Below are positions 49,178 through 60,846 of a stretch of 64,000 bases of DNA, one piece after another. The notes under the pieces were generated by a model. That model was given only the letters and a program-made list of their open reading frames with translations, searched no databases and had not been told where the DNA came from. Both the position numbers and the translations under genes were made by a program. How positions within the stretch are numbered: position 1 is the stretch's first letter; the number at the start of each line of letters is the position of its first letter. The stretch is from Macrostomum lignano (Eukaryota), in the NCBI GenBank assembly GCA_002269645.1, contig NIVC01003210.1:47167-111166 (forward strand), written 5' to 3'.

Positions 49178-49812
49178 ACCCAGCCACTGCTCCACCCCCT
49201 CCACTCAGCCCCAATGTACACCCAGCCACTGCTCCACCCCCTCCACTCAGCCCCAATGTACACCCAGCCACTGCTCCACCCACCTCCACTCAGCTCCAAT
49301 GTACACCCAGCCACTGCTCCACCCCCTCCACTCAGCTCCAATGTACACCCAGCCACTGCTCCACCCCCTCCACTCAGCCCCAATGTACACCCAGCCACTG
49401 CTCCACCCCCTCCACTCAGCTCCAATGTACACCCAGCCACTGCTCCACCCCCTCCACTCAGCCCCAATGTACACCCAGCCAGTCCCCCACCCCCTCCACT
49501 CAGCCCCAATGTACACCCAGCCACTGCCCTACCCCCCTCCACTCAGCTCCAATGTACACCCAGCCAGTCCCCTACCCCCCTCCACTCAGCCCCAATGTAC
49601 ACCCAGCCACTGCCCTACCCCCCTCCACTCAGCTCCAATGTACACCCAGCCAGTCCCCCACCCCCTCCACTCAGCCCCAATGTACACCCAGCCACTGCCC
49701 TACCCCCCTCCACTCAGCTCCAATGTACACCCAGCCCGCAGCATCCTCCCTCCACTCAGCCCCTATATACACCCAGCCCGCACCCCCCTCCACTCAGCCC
49801 CAATGTACAACC
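49178..49812. repeat. 42-bp minisatellite downstream of the Sox stop
   Basis: Unit cacccagccactgctccaccccctccactcagccccaatgta, ~15 copies. Confidence 0.92.
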
Positions 49813-50241
49813 CGCCTTCAATCAATGTACTCTAATATTCTATCATATTATTTTTCGCCAAATCCAGAAACAACAACTAAAAATTATTAGTTTCTGGTCT
49901 TTCTTCAAATATACAAAATGTCTGTCAGATAAATCGGATTATAAAAAGCTCATCCCCTAGCCTTTCTGACCACTAATAACTATTTAAAAGTTTATCCTCC
50001 GACTTCATGCAAATTTGCAGTGTCTCACCATTCTCTTGTCTTTGGTTTTATAGCCTTCCTAACTTGCCAGCAAGCGGCAGTGCAACACACGCTATTGTTC
50101 TATGCAACATGATTAATGAAACAGCTGATCGAAAGCACAGGACATGAGGCTGCGTATGAGCATTAGAGCGCCAGGGGTATGGCTATTGCGGTCTCAGTAT
50201 TCTATATTGTAATTTTTTCTGCTAACTAAAGGTGCATCATT

Positions 50242-50286
50242 CTGTCTGTCTGTGTGTCTGTCTGTCTGTGTGTCTGTCTGTCTGTG

Positions 50287-50340
<54 letters not shown>

Positions 50341-50342
50341 CC

Positions 50343-50373
<31 letters not shown>

Positions 50374-50414
50374 GTGTCTGTCTGTCTGTGTGTCTGTCTG
50401 TCTGTCTGTCTGCC

Positions 50415-50457
<43 letters not shown>

Positions 50458-50614
50458 GTGTCTGTCTGTCTGTGTGTCTGTCTGTCTGTCTTAGTGTCTG
50501 TCTGTCTGTCTGTCTGTGTGTGTGTCTGTCTGTCTGTCTGTGTGTCTGTCTGTCTGTCTGTCTGTGTGTCTGTCTGTCTGTCTGTCTTAGTGTCTGTCTG
50601 TCAGTCAGTCTGTA

Positions 50615-50707
<93 letters not shown>

Positions 50708-50708
50708 T

Positions 50709-50742
<34 letters not shown>

Positions 50743-50789
50743 CTAATGTCTGTCTGTCTGTCTGTCTGTCTGTAGTCTGTCTGTCTGTG

Positions 50790-50840
<51 letters not shown>

Positions 50841-50918
50841 GTGTCTGTCTGTCTGTCTGTCTGTCTGTGTGTCTGTCTGTCTGTCTGTCTGTCTTAGTGT
50901 CTATCTGTCTGTCTGTCA

Positions 50919-50950
<32 letters not shown>

Positions 50951-50970
50951 TAGTGTCTGTCTGTCAGTCA

Positions 50971-51040
<70 letters not shown>

Positions 51041-51070
51041 ATGTCTGTCTGTCTGTCTGTCTGTCTGTCA

Positions 51071-51106
<36 letters not shown>

Positions 51107-51138
51107 TAGTGTCTGTCTGTCAGTCAGTCTGTCAGTCA

Positions 51139-51178
<40 letters not shown>

Positions 51179-51425
51179 TTCTGTCTGTCTGTCTGTGTGT
51201 CTGTCTGTCTGTCTGTCTGTCTGTGTGTCTGTGTGTCTGTCTGTCTGTCTGTCTGTCTGTGTGTCTGTGTCTGTCTGTCTGTGTGTCTGTGTGTCTGTGT
51301 GTCTGTGTGTCTGTCTGTCTGTCTGTCTGTCTGTGTGTCTGTCTGTCTGTCTGTCTGTGTGTCTGTGTGTCTGTCTGTTTGACTTTCTGTCTGTCTGTTT
51401 GACTTTCTGTCTGTCTGTTTGACTT

Positions 51426-51470
<45 letters not shown>

Positions 51471-51495
51471 GTGTCTATGTGTCTGTCTGTTTGAC

Positions 51496-51538
<43 letters not shown>

Positions 51539-51542
51539 GTCT
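50242..51542. repeat. (GTCT)n compound microsatellite, 1.3 kb
   Basis: Direct periodicity. Confidence 0.95.
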
Positions 51543-52344
51543 CAATTTGTACTCAATAATTAATTACTGTTTGGACAGCACGAAATCATCAGAAAGTGCT
51601 GCAGCTGCCAAGTACGCCAGTGGTCTCCCAGTTCTCAGCTACTGGTAGGTACTGGGCCTTCATTCAAATCGCAAATCGCGCTGTTAAAATAACAACAGAT
51701 GCGCAAAATGCAGGAATTGAAATCCTATTCAACGCGGGAACAGAACAAGCTGTTTATACAGTCAGCTGCAACAGTGCAGGGGCAGTTAATCCTTAGTTTA
51801 AACGCACATGAAGCCCATTGTGCCTTCACTGCTTCCATAGTTTTGATAGCTTCTTACTGTGATGAAGCTTGCTTATTTAAACTCTGCTACATGATTTACT
51901 TCAGCTGTGTGGCCTGAAAGATTGTCGACTCTCCTATCCTATCCTATCCTATCTATCTATCTATCTAAATCTATATGAGCTACTACTAAACCATTTTAAT
52001 TAGTAGTGTACTGCAGATTTTAGCAATGTTATTAAAAACAATAAATGATCACGGTTAGCAGAAAGTGATTAAGCATTTGAAAAGTGAATTACCTTGGATA
52101 GGTAACCACTAGTGAAATCAAAAGGATTTGTTTGGTTTCATTCGTATTACTTGTAATTTTATATTTTTAGCCAACGCATTGTTGTTTAAATCAGGCAGTT
52201 ATTGGAAACTGTATTAGAAACTGTTTATTTGACCTCAAATTTTGAGCATTGCGGTTTATATTTTGTGCTATGGTACAGATATTAACACTGGCTGGGATAG
52301 TTTTAACTGCCTATCGATAAATTGTAGAAGCAGAAATGTGTTTA

Positions 52345-52892
52345 ACACATGACAACCCTGTCTAACACATGACACTGTTGTCTAACACATGAAAACCCTG
52401 TCTAACACATGACAACCCTGTCTAACACATGACAACCCTGTCTAACACATGACACTACTGTCTAAAACGTGACAACCCTGTCAAACACATGACACTACTG
52501 TCTAACACATAACAACCCTGTCTAACACATAACAACCCTGTCTAACACATGACACTACTGTCTAACACATAACAACCCTGTCCAACACATGACAACCCTG
52601 TCTAACACATGACAACCCTGTCTAACACATGACAACCCTGTCTAACACATGACACTACTGTCTAACACATAACAACCCTGTCTAACACATGACAACCCTG
52701 TCTAACACATGACACTACTGTCTAACACATGACAACCCTGTCTAACACATGACAACCCTGTCTAAAACATGACAACCCTGTCTAAAACATGACAACCCTG
52801 TCTAATACATGACAACCCTGTCTAACACATGACACTACTGTCTAACACAGGACAACCCTGTCTAACACAGGACACTGTTGTCTAACACATTA
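52345..52892. repeat. 20-bp minisatellite (gacaaccctgtctaacacat) just past the innexin stop
   Basis: Direct periodicity. Confidence 0.92.
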
Positions 52893-52928
52893 AAACAGGC
52901 TCCGAAATCAGCGAATTAAACAAAGCTT

Positions 52929-55038
52929 CTACTCGTAAGCGCTGCTGGCCCCCTTAGCTGCAGCCCTGTTCATCAGTGGCGCCCGGTAGTCAGCCCACAG
53001 CCGCTGCAGCAGCTCCTTGAGCACTGGTTCGCCAGCATTTTTGCCAATCATTCTCAGCAGGAAAGCTCCATCAGAGTCGATGTAGTCGTTGAAAAACTGC
53101 TCCAAGTCGACTGCGGAGTGCTCGTACAGGTGCGAAGGTTCAGCATCTGCGGCGCGTCTCCTGGCAGACTGCGCGGACTCCAGCAGGCGGCGCAGGGTGG
53201 CGAAGCGCCGGTTTGGTAGGAAGGCCCACGCCAGCCAGAACAGGGCGTCCAGGATGGTCACCACGGCGACGAACAGCAGCATGAACCAGAGGAAGACGAA
53301 GATCTGAGAGTGGGTTTGGCGGCAATTGACCTGATGGCTACATTCTTTTAGATTCATAGAAACCAATTGAGATGAGTAAAGTTGGAGAGTCACATTTGGA
53401 GTGATAAGAGTCTCAGTTGAAGTGACAAGAGTCGCATGCAGAGTGACAAGAGTCGCAGTTGGAGTGACAAGACTCGCAGGCGTAGTGACAAGAATCGCAG
53501 GCGGAGTGACAAGAGTCGCAGTTGGAGTGACAAGAGTCGCAGTTGGAGTGACAAGAGTCGCAGGCAGAGTGACAAGAGTCGAAGGCAGAGTGACAAGAGT
53601 CGGAAACCAACCTTCTCATTGAGCAGGTTGACCACCAGCACGCACTGCAGAGTCCTGGGATGGCTGTTGCCAATGACGCGGACATTGAAGTCGCACAGGG
53701 TCACCCTGGGGAAGTGGCCGCTGTGCCTCCAGTCGTGATTGTTCCACAGGTCGCGCAGGACGCCGAGCCCATAAAAGTCGTAATCGGTGCCGAGGAAACC
53801 GTTGAGCAGGAAGAACTGCCCGACAACGTTAGCGATGTACAGCAGCTTGATAACGATGTACACGTTGATGAGGTAGCGGCCGTAGGCTGCTCTGCCAATG
53901 AGGAGATACCGGATGAGCACCTTCTTCAGATTGTAGAAGAAGCCGGACTGCTTTCGGATCTTCTTCTCGATGGCGGTTCGAAAGTACCAGGCCAGCTTCT
54001 TGATCTTGTCCTCGCGCTTCTCCTGACTGTCATCCACGCAGTTCACCGCCATGCCGACCAGCGTCTTGATCTGGACCCCTGCGGGAGCGAGCGTGTTTGG
54101 GGCCGGGGTGGACTGGAGGGAAGGACAGACAGGTAGGTAAACAAACAATATTGGACATGTATGCAGACAATGAGATACACGGCGACTGAGGAATAGACAG
54201 AAAGGTACATTTAGACAGACACGGTTGACAGACTAGACAGTTTACATAGGTAGACAACGACAGACAGGTGGACGGACAATAGCAGACAGGCAGTAGCAGA
54301 CAGACAGACAGACAATAGCAGACAGGCAAAAGCAGACAGGCAGCAGCAGACAGGCAATAGCAGACAGGCAGACAGGCAGCAGCAGACAGGCAGCAGCAGA
54401 CAGGCAGCAGCAGACAGGCAATAGCAGACAGGCAGACAGGCAGCAGCAGACAGGCAGCAGCAGACAGGCAATAGCAGACAGACAGGCAGCAGCAGACAGG
54501 CAATAGCAGACAGACAGACAGACAGGCAGCAGCAGACAGGCAGCAGCAGACAGGCAATAGCAGACAGACAGACAGACAGGCAGCAGCAGACAGGCAGCAG
54601 CAGACAGGCAGCAGCAGACAGATCAAGCAACCAACCTGACTGCCAGTTCATCAGCTTCCAGATCACAGCCGGCAAGTGGAACATGAGTGCCTGGATAGCC
54701 AGCACGAACGGCACCCACTGGTAGTACTTGAGCTCCTCGCCCTGCCTGACCGTCTCGTCGCCGGGAATGCTGCCGTTCGGAGGCACAAAGTAGGTGTTCT
54801 TCAGCCAGCAGTAGGTCTCTGCGTACTGCTCCCAGGCCGGCTTGAACTCCGGTGGAATCCAGCACTGCACGGGGTCGCCAAGGAGGTACATCTTGGTCAT
54901 GACAATCGATGACATGATCACAATGAGCACAGGAGCATAGTAAGAGTTGATCCTGTCAACGGCGTCATCGTCTGATACTCGGTGCTTGCGGCTGGTGAAC
55001 TTGAAGCCGCTGACGGCCTTGAAGAAGCCGGTGTCCAT
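52929..55038 (-). CDS. Innexin (gap-junction protein), 3 exons (54636-55038, 53612-54078, 52929-53303), ~414 aa
   Basis: DDDAVDRINSYY, QCWIP, YAETYCW, YYQWVPF, FPRVTLCDF, QCVLVVNLLNEK|IFVFLWF; four extracellular Cys; GT-AG introns in phase 1 and 0. Confidence 0.95.
53398..53602. repeat. 21-bp minisatellite in innexin intron 2
   Basis: Unit gagtgacaagagtcgcagttg. Confidence 0.9.
54240..54622. repeat. (cagcagacagg)-type compound repeat filling innexin intron 1
   Basis: Direct periodicity. Confidence 0.88.
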
Positions 55039-55479
55039 TGACAGTGTAATGAGAAAGCAGAACAAGGCCAAATTCTGTTGCCAGGCAGGTCTAAAAGCAG
55101 GGTATAAAATTTTCTGCAGTTGTATAAAGCTATATGGGTCTTATCTCGACCCCTCCACAATGCTTTATCAGGCCAAGTCTGCCAGGCACTGGAGACTATT
55201 GAGTCCACTGCTCAGCATTGTGCCCGGTGGAGATAGCGTCGCTACAGTAATTCTTGGGAAGAAAGGCATTGGGCGTAAGGTAGAGCGAAGGCTTTAGCAA
55301 TTGACTAAATTAAGTAGTTTTCATTTTAACTGGTGCATGCGCGTGAGCATTGAAACGTGGAGTTCAAAACAAAATTCATTTTGATTAAGGCTTCAACAGC
55401 TCCTGCAATGCGGCTCTCTTCCGGCGTTTTATCAATTAAATTGCGCTTCAGAAACCTTTTTAAGTTGATTCATCAAATT

Positions 55480-57010
55480 GACCCGCTTCAGAAACTCTTC
55501 ATGCGCTTCAGCAACTCTTCATGCGCTTCAGCAACTCTTCATGCGCTTCAGCAACTCTTCATGCGCTTCAGCAACTCTTTATGTGCTTCAGCAACTCTTT
55601 ATGTGCTTCAGCAACTCTTCATGTGCTTCAGCAACTCTTTATGTGCTTCAGCAACTCTTCAGGCACTTCAGCAACCCTTCAGGCACTTCAGCAACTCTTC
55701 AGGCACTTCAGCAACTCTTCAGGCACTTCAGCAACCCTTCAGGCACTTCAGCAACTCTTCAGGCACTTCAGCAACTCTTCAGGCACTTCAGCAACTCTTC
55801 AGGCACTTCAGCAACTCTTCAGGCACTTCAGCAACTCTTCAGGCACTTCAGCAACTCTTCAGGCACTTCAGCAACTCTTCAGGCACTTCAGCAACTCTTC
55901 AGGCACTTCAGCAACTCTTCAGGCACTTCAGCAACTCTTCAGGCACTTCAGCAACTCTTCAGGCACTTCAGCAACTCTTCAGGCACTTCAGCAACTCTTC
56001 AGGCACTTCAGCAACTCTTCAGGCACTTCAGCAACTCTTCAGGCACTTCAGCAACTCTTCAGGCACTTCAGCAACTCTTCATGCACTTCAGCAACTCTTC
56101 ATGCACTTCAGCAACTCTTCAGGCACTTCAGCAACTCTTCAGGCACTTCAGCAACTCTTCAGGCACTTCAGCAACTCTTCAGGCACTTCAGCAACTCTTC
56201 AGGCACTTCAGCAACTCTTCAGGCACTTCAGCAACTCTTCAGGCACTTCAGCAACTCTTCAGGCACTTCAGCAACTCTTCAGGCACTTCAGCAACTCTTC
56301 ATGCACTTCAGCAACTCTTCAGGCACTTCAGCAACTTCTCAATCGCTTCAGCAACTTCTCAATCGCTTCAGCAACTCTTCATGCGCTTCAGCAACTCTTC
56401 AGGCACTTCAGCAACTCTTCAGGCACTTCAGCAACTCTTCAGGCACTTCAGCAACTCTTCAGGCACTTCAGCAACTTTTCAGGCACTTCAGCAACTCTTC
56501 AGGCACTTCAGCAACTCTTCAGGCACTTCAGCAACTCTTCAGGCACTTCAGCAACTCTTCAGGCACTTCAGCAACTCTTCAGGCACTTCAGCAACTCTTC
56601 ATGCACTTCAGCAACCCTTCAGGCACTTCAGCAACTCTTCAGGCACTTCAGAAATTTTTTAACGCACCTCAATCAACAACTCTTCATGCGCTTCAGCAAC
56701 TCTTCAGGCACTTCAGCAACTCTTCAGGCACTTCAGCAACCCTTCAGGCACTTCAGCAACTCTTCAGGCACTTCAGCAACTCTTCAGGCACTTCAGAAAT
56801 TTTTTAACGCACCTCAATCAACAACTCTTCATGCGCTTCAGCAACTCTTCAGGCACTTCAGCAACTCTTCAGGCACTTCAGCAACCCTTCAGGCACTTCA
56901 GCAACTCTTCAGGCACTTCAGCAACTCTTCAGGCACTTCAGAAATTTTTTAACGCACCTCAATCAACAACTCTTCATGCGCTTCAGCAATTTCTCAATCG
57001 CTTCAGATAC
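55480..57010. repeat. 20-bp satellite (cttcagcaactcttcaggca), ~75 copies, upstream of innexin
   Basis: Direct periodicity; all three + frames are stop-free, hence the artefact ORFs. Confidence 0.95.
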
Positions 57011-57604
57011 TCGTGAGAGAATTTATCAACTGGTTTGACATCTCAGCAGCAGTGCTCAAGCCAGAGGTCACCCAACTACGGATAGCTTCCCGAGGAAGTA
57101 AATTTTAGTTAATTAGGCTTGTCTCATCGCAGAAATTTCTCTCTGCAGACAATTTTCACCGTCAGAAGGCAGGTATTTTGTCATTAAAAGTAAAAAATCA
57201 CTAAAATACAGAAAGCTCAAACAGAATTTATAACAAAAAATGCAATATGGTGCATGATACACTTTAAAGACATTTAAGTCAATGTTTATTTCCAATTTTA
57301 CTTATTTGTATTCGCGTGCTGTAAAGTTTTTAAATTACAAGGAAAGCAGAACTTACTATTATAAACAGTTATAAAAATAACCGACTTGAAAAAACATGAA
57401 ATGCCATATAAAAAAGATACAAATCTGCATAGTAAGCAGCAAGGAATTTCGATCGATGAAAATAATGCTAACTACATTGCCGTCTCATAGAAATAACTAC
57501 GGAAATATTAATTCCATTTTATAAGACTTGACAGTGTTACACTTGGTTAACCCATTGTTGAACTTGATTTATAAAAATGGTAAATATAAGAAACATAAGA
57601 ATAC

Positions 57605-57644
57605 ACAGAGACAGACAGACAGACAGGCAGGCAGACAGGCAGGC

Positions 57645-57713
<69 letters not shown>

Positions 57714-57958
57714 GGAAGACAGTCAAACAGACAGACAGACAGGCAGACAGGCAGACAGGCAGACAGACAGACAGGCAGACAGGAAGACAGACAGACAGAC
57801 AGACAGACAGGAAGACAGGCAGACAGACAGACAGGCAGGCAGACAGACAGACAGGCAGACAGACAGACAGGCAGGCAGGCAGGCAGGCAGACAGTCAAAC
57901 AGAAAGACACATAGACACAGACAGTCAAACAGAAAGACACATAGACACAGACAGTCCC
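57605..57958. repeat. (GACA/GGCA)n microsatellite
   Basis: Direct periodicity. Confidence 0.93.
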
Positions 57959-57984
57959 AGTCACCCACCGAGAGCCCGCCGCAG

Positions 57985-59140
57985 TCAGGCCTCGCAGCCT
58001 CGGCCACCGGCAGTCGGAAACCGCAGGCCAGCGGGCGGACCGGCAGAGCGCGGACAGTCGATGGCGGCAACCACGGCCTTAGCCAGCTGCTGCTGCACCT
58101 CGTCGAAGGCGCCGTCGGCGTTGATGGTGAGCCAGGCAGGGCAGGAGCCGCCCGCCTGGTCCTCCAGCCGCATCAGTCTGGCGTAGGCCTCGCCGACCCG
58201 TCGCTGGAAGTCCGCCACTTCGTAGCGCTCGGCTCCGAAGCCGCCGCGACTTGCCTGCGCCTCGGGGCTCACAGACAGGAAGATCTGCAAGATGGTGGGG
58301 ATCTGTCCTATTCCATGTTCCCATCTCCCCACTATCTGATCCCATCTCCCACGATCCCTGATCCCATCTCCCACGATCCCTGATCCCATCTCCTACGATC
58401 CCTGATCCCATCTCCCACGATCCCTGATCCCATCTCCCACGATCCCTGATCCCATCTCCCACGATCCCTGATCCCATCTCCCACGATCCCTGATCCCATC
58501 TCCCACGATCCCTGATCCCATCTCCCACGATCCCTGATCCCATCTCCCCACTATCTGATACCAGCTTTCCACTCCATGATCTCATCTCCCACTGCCTGAT
58601 CCCATATTCCCACTCCCTGATCCCATCTCCCCACTCGCTGATCCCATCTCCCTACTCCCTGATCCCATCTGCCCACTCCCTGATCCCATCTTCCCCACTC
58701 CCTGATCCCATCTCCCCACTTCCTGATCCCATCTGCCCAGATCTGACCTTGAGGTCGGGAGCGGGCAGGCCCACCTCGGGCTGGCAGCACCAGTGAAAGT
58801 CGGGGCCATCAGCCTTGGCGGCGGTGAAGGCAATGCCGCTGTATGCATATCTGTCGCACACAATGTTCACTCCACTGGCCAGGGTGTCCAAGATATGCGG
58901 CCGAAACTCCCAGCGATTGGCCGAGAACAGCAGGTGGACGGCGTGATCGTCAAGTTCGATTTTCCTGCCCAGATACTGGCCAATCAGGCTGCCGATGGCC
59001 GAGTCGCGCTCGGGGAATCGCATGAGCTCGGTTCGATGCCCGATGCTGTTCAGGTGGTCCACAAGCCGGCGGCACTGCGAGGACTTGCCGGCCCGGTCCA
59101 TGCCTTCTAGGACTACGAATAGGCCGCGCTTGGTTGTCAT
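57985..59140 (-). CDS. DTYMK: Thymidylate kinase (dTMP kinase), 2 exons (58748-59140, 57985-58284), ~230 aa
   Basis: KRGLFVVLEGMDRAGKSSQ (P-loop), RFPERDSAIG, HLLFSANRWE, VCDRYAYSGIAF, GLPAPDLK|IFL, RGGFGAERYE; phase-0 GT-AG intron. Confidence 0.96.
58310..58742. repeat. 21-22 bp minisatellites (cccatctcccacgatccctgat and variant) filling the DTYMK intron
   Basis: Direct periodicity. Confidence 0.9.
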
Positions 59141-59675
59141 GGCAACTGGAGCTGTGAATGAGACTAGCCATATATGAATGTGTTTGGTTGCTATGGTAAC
59201 TGGGATTATTATTGAGACTAGCTATATATGTGTTTGGTTGCTATGGCAACTGGAGTTGTGAATGAGACTAGCCATATATGACTTGTTTGGTTGCTATGGC
59301 AACAGGGATTATTATTGAGACTAGCCATGTGTTTGGTTGCTATGGCAACTGGAGTTGTGAATGAGACTAGCCATATATGAATGTGTTTGGTTTCTATGGC
59401 AACAGGGATTATCATTCGGACTAGCTACATGAATGTGTTTGGCTGCTATGGCAACTGGGATAATTATTGAGACTAGCTATATGAATGTTTGGTTGCCATG
59501 GCAACTGGCATTCTGATTGAGACTGGCTAATATATGAATGTGTTTGGTTGCTATGGCAACAGGAATTATAATTGAGACTAGCTATATGAATGTGCCTGGT
59601 TGCTATGAGAACTGAGATCATTATCATAATAAGAATTTAGATTATGTTAAAATATGTGGTTGCTATGGCAACAGG
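59133..59675. repeat. ~50-bp tandem repeat, each unit carrying a GTTGCYATGGYAAC (X-box-like) palindrome, overlapping and upstream of the DTYMK start codon
   Basis: About 11 motif copies at 59133, 59187, 59237, 59290, 59336, 59390, 59442, 59492, 59547, 59599, 59659. Confidence 0.88.
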
Positions 59676-60077
59676 TACTTTTATATCTAATATCCAAATA
59701 AATTGGTTTGTTCGTCATAACAACTACAACAGGTGTAATATTTTTTCCTAATAAAACACAGTTGTATTTTCAATTCAAACTAACAAGCAGTAATATGTGA
59801 AACTTACTAGAGCAATATGTATCTTGTCCACAAAATGCTGAATTAATTATTCTCAGACAAAAAGCTGGTTAAAAAGCAATTTTCCTTAATTGTTGTTCAA
59901 GAATTAAATTATGTTGTTACAGTCAGTGCAACATTGAAAGATAAGAAGCAAAGACACTAATCATATATCAGCTAGTTAAGATTTCCTTGAGTTCTCAAAT
60001 ATTGCTGGTGTAAAGAGTTATCAAAGTTGCTCATAAATCTTAATTGCTGCCGCATGTAAACATCTTGTTCTTGCGTC

Positions 60078-60618
60078 TACCACTCTACCCTCCTATCTAC
60101 CGCTCTACTCTCCTGTCTACCACTCTACCCTCCTGTCTACCACTCTACCCTCCTGTCTACCACTCTACCCTCCTGTCTACCACTCTACCCTCCTATCTAC
60201 CGCTCTACTCTCCTGTCTACCACTCTACCCTCCTGTCTACCACTCTACCCTCCTGTCTACCGCTCTACCCTCTTGACTACCGCTCTACCCTCCTGTCTAC
60301 CCTCCTGTCTACCACTCTACCCTCCTGTCTACCGCTCTACCCTCTTGACTACCGCTCTACCCTCCTGTCTACCCTCCTGTCTACCGCTCTACCCTCTTGA
60401 CTACCGCTCTACCCTCCTGTCTACCGTTCTACTCTCCTGTCTACCACTCTACCCTCCTGTCTACCGTTCTACTCTCCTGTCTACCGCTCTACCCTCCTGT
60501 CTACCGCTCTACCCTCCTATCTACCGCTCTACCCTCCTGTCTACCACTCTACCCTCCTGTCTACCGCTCTACCCTCCTGTCTACCACTCTACCTCCTGTC
60601 TACCGTTCTACTCTCCTA
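60078..60618. repeat. 20-bp minisatellite (ctaccactctaccctcctgt)
   Basis: Direct periodicity. Confidence 0.92.
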
Positions 60619-60846
60619 GCTACGCTTCTTTATACCACCCACTCTTTATTTACCACAAAACCTTTTTTATTTATTGATCTATCCTTTTCTATACTCTAGC
60701 CATATAAATTCTCTCAACTGGACAGTCCTATAAACTGTTTCTCAATATTTATGCAACACGAAAAGCAAAGGATGTAAAGCCGGCAGTAATTAACCACTAA
60801 CAGCACAAGCACACAATGGATACTGTCCAGTCAAACAGCAATAAAG

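Noticed and set aside
49122-51545. Pro-rich and CLSV ORFs
   Set aside because: 42-bp minisatellite and (GTCT)n microsatellite
55357-56952. 531/428/394-aa ORFs in all three + frames
   Set aside because: Stop-free 20-bp satellite; the same peptide recurs in every frame
59133-59675. Repeat-spacer pattern resembling CRISPR
   Set aside because: The variable segments alternate between about two related variants rather than being unique spacers
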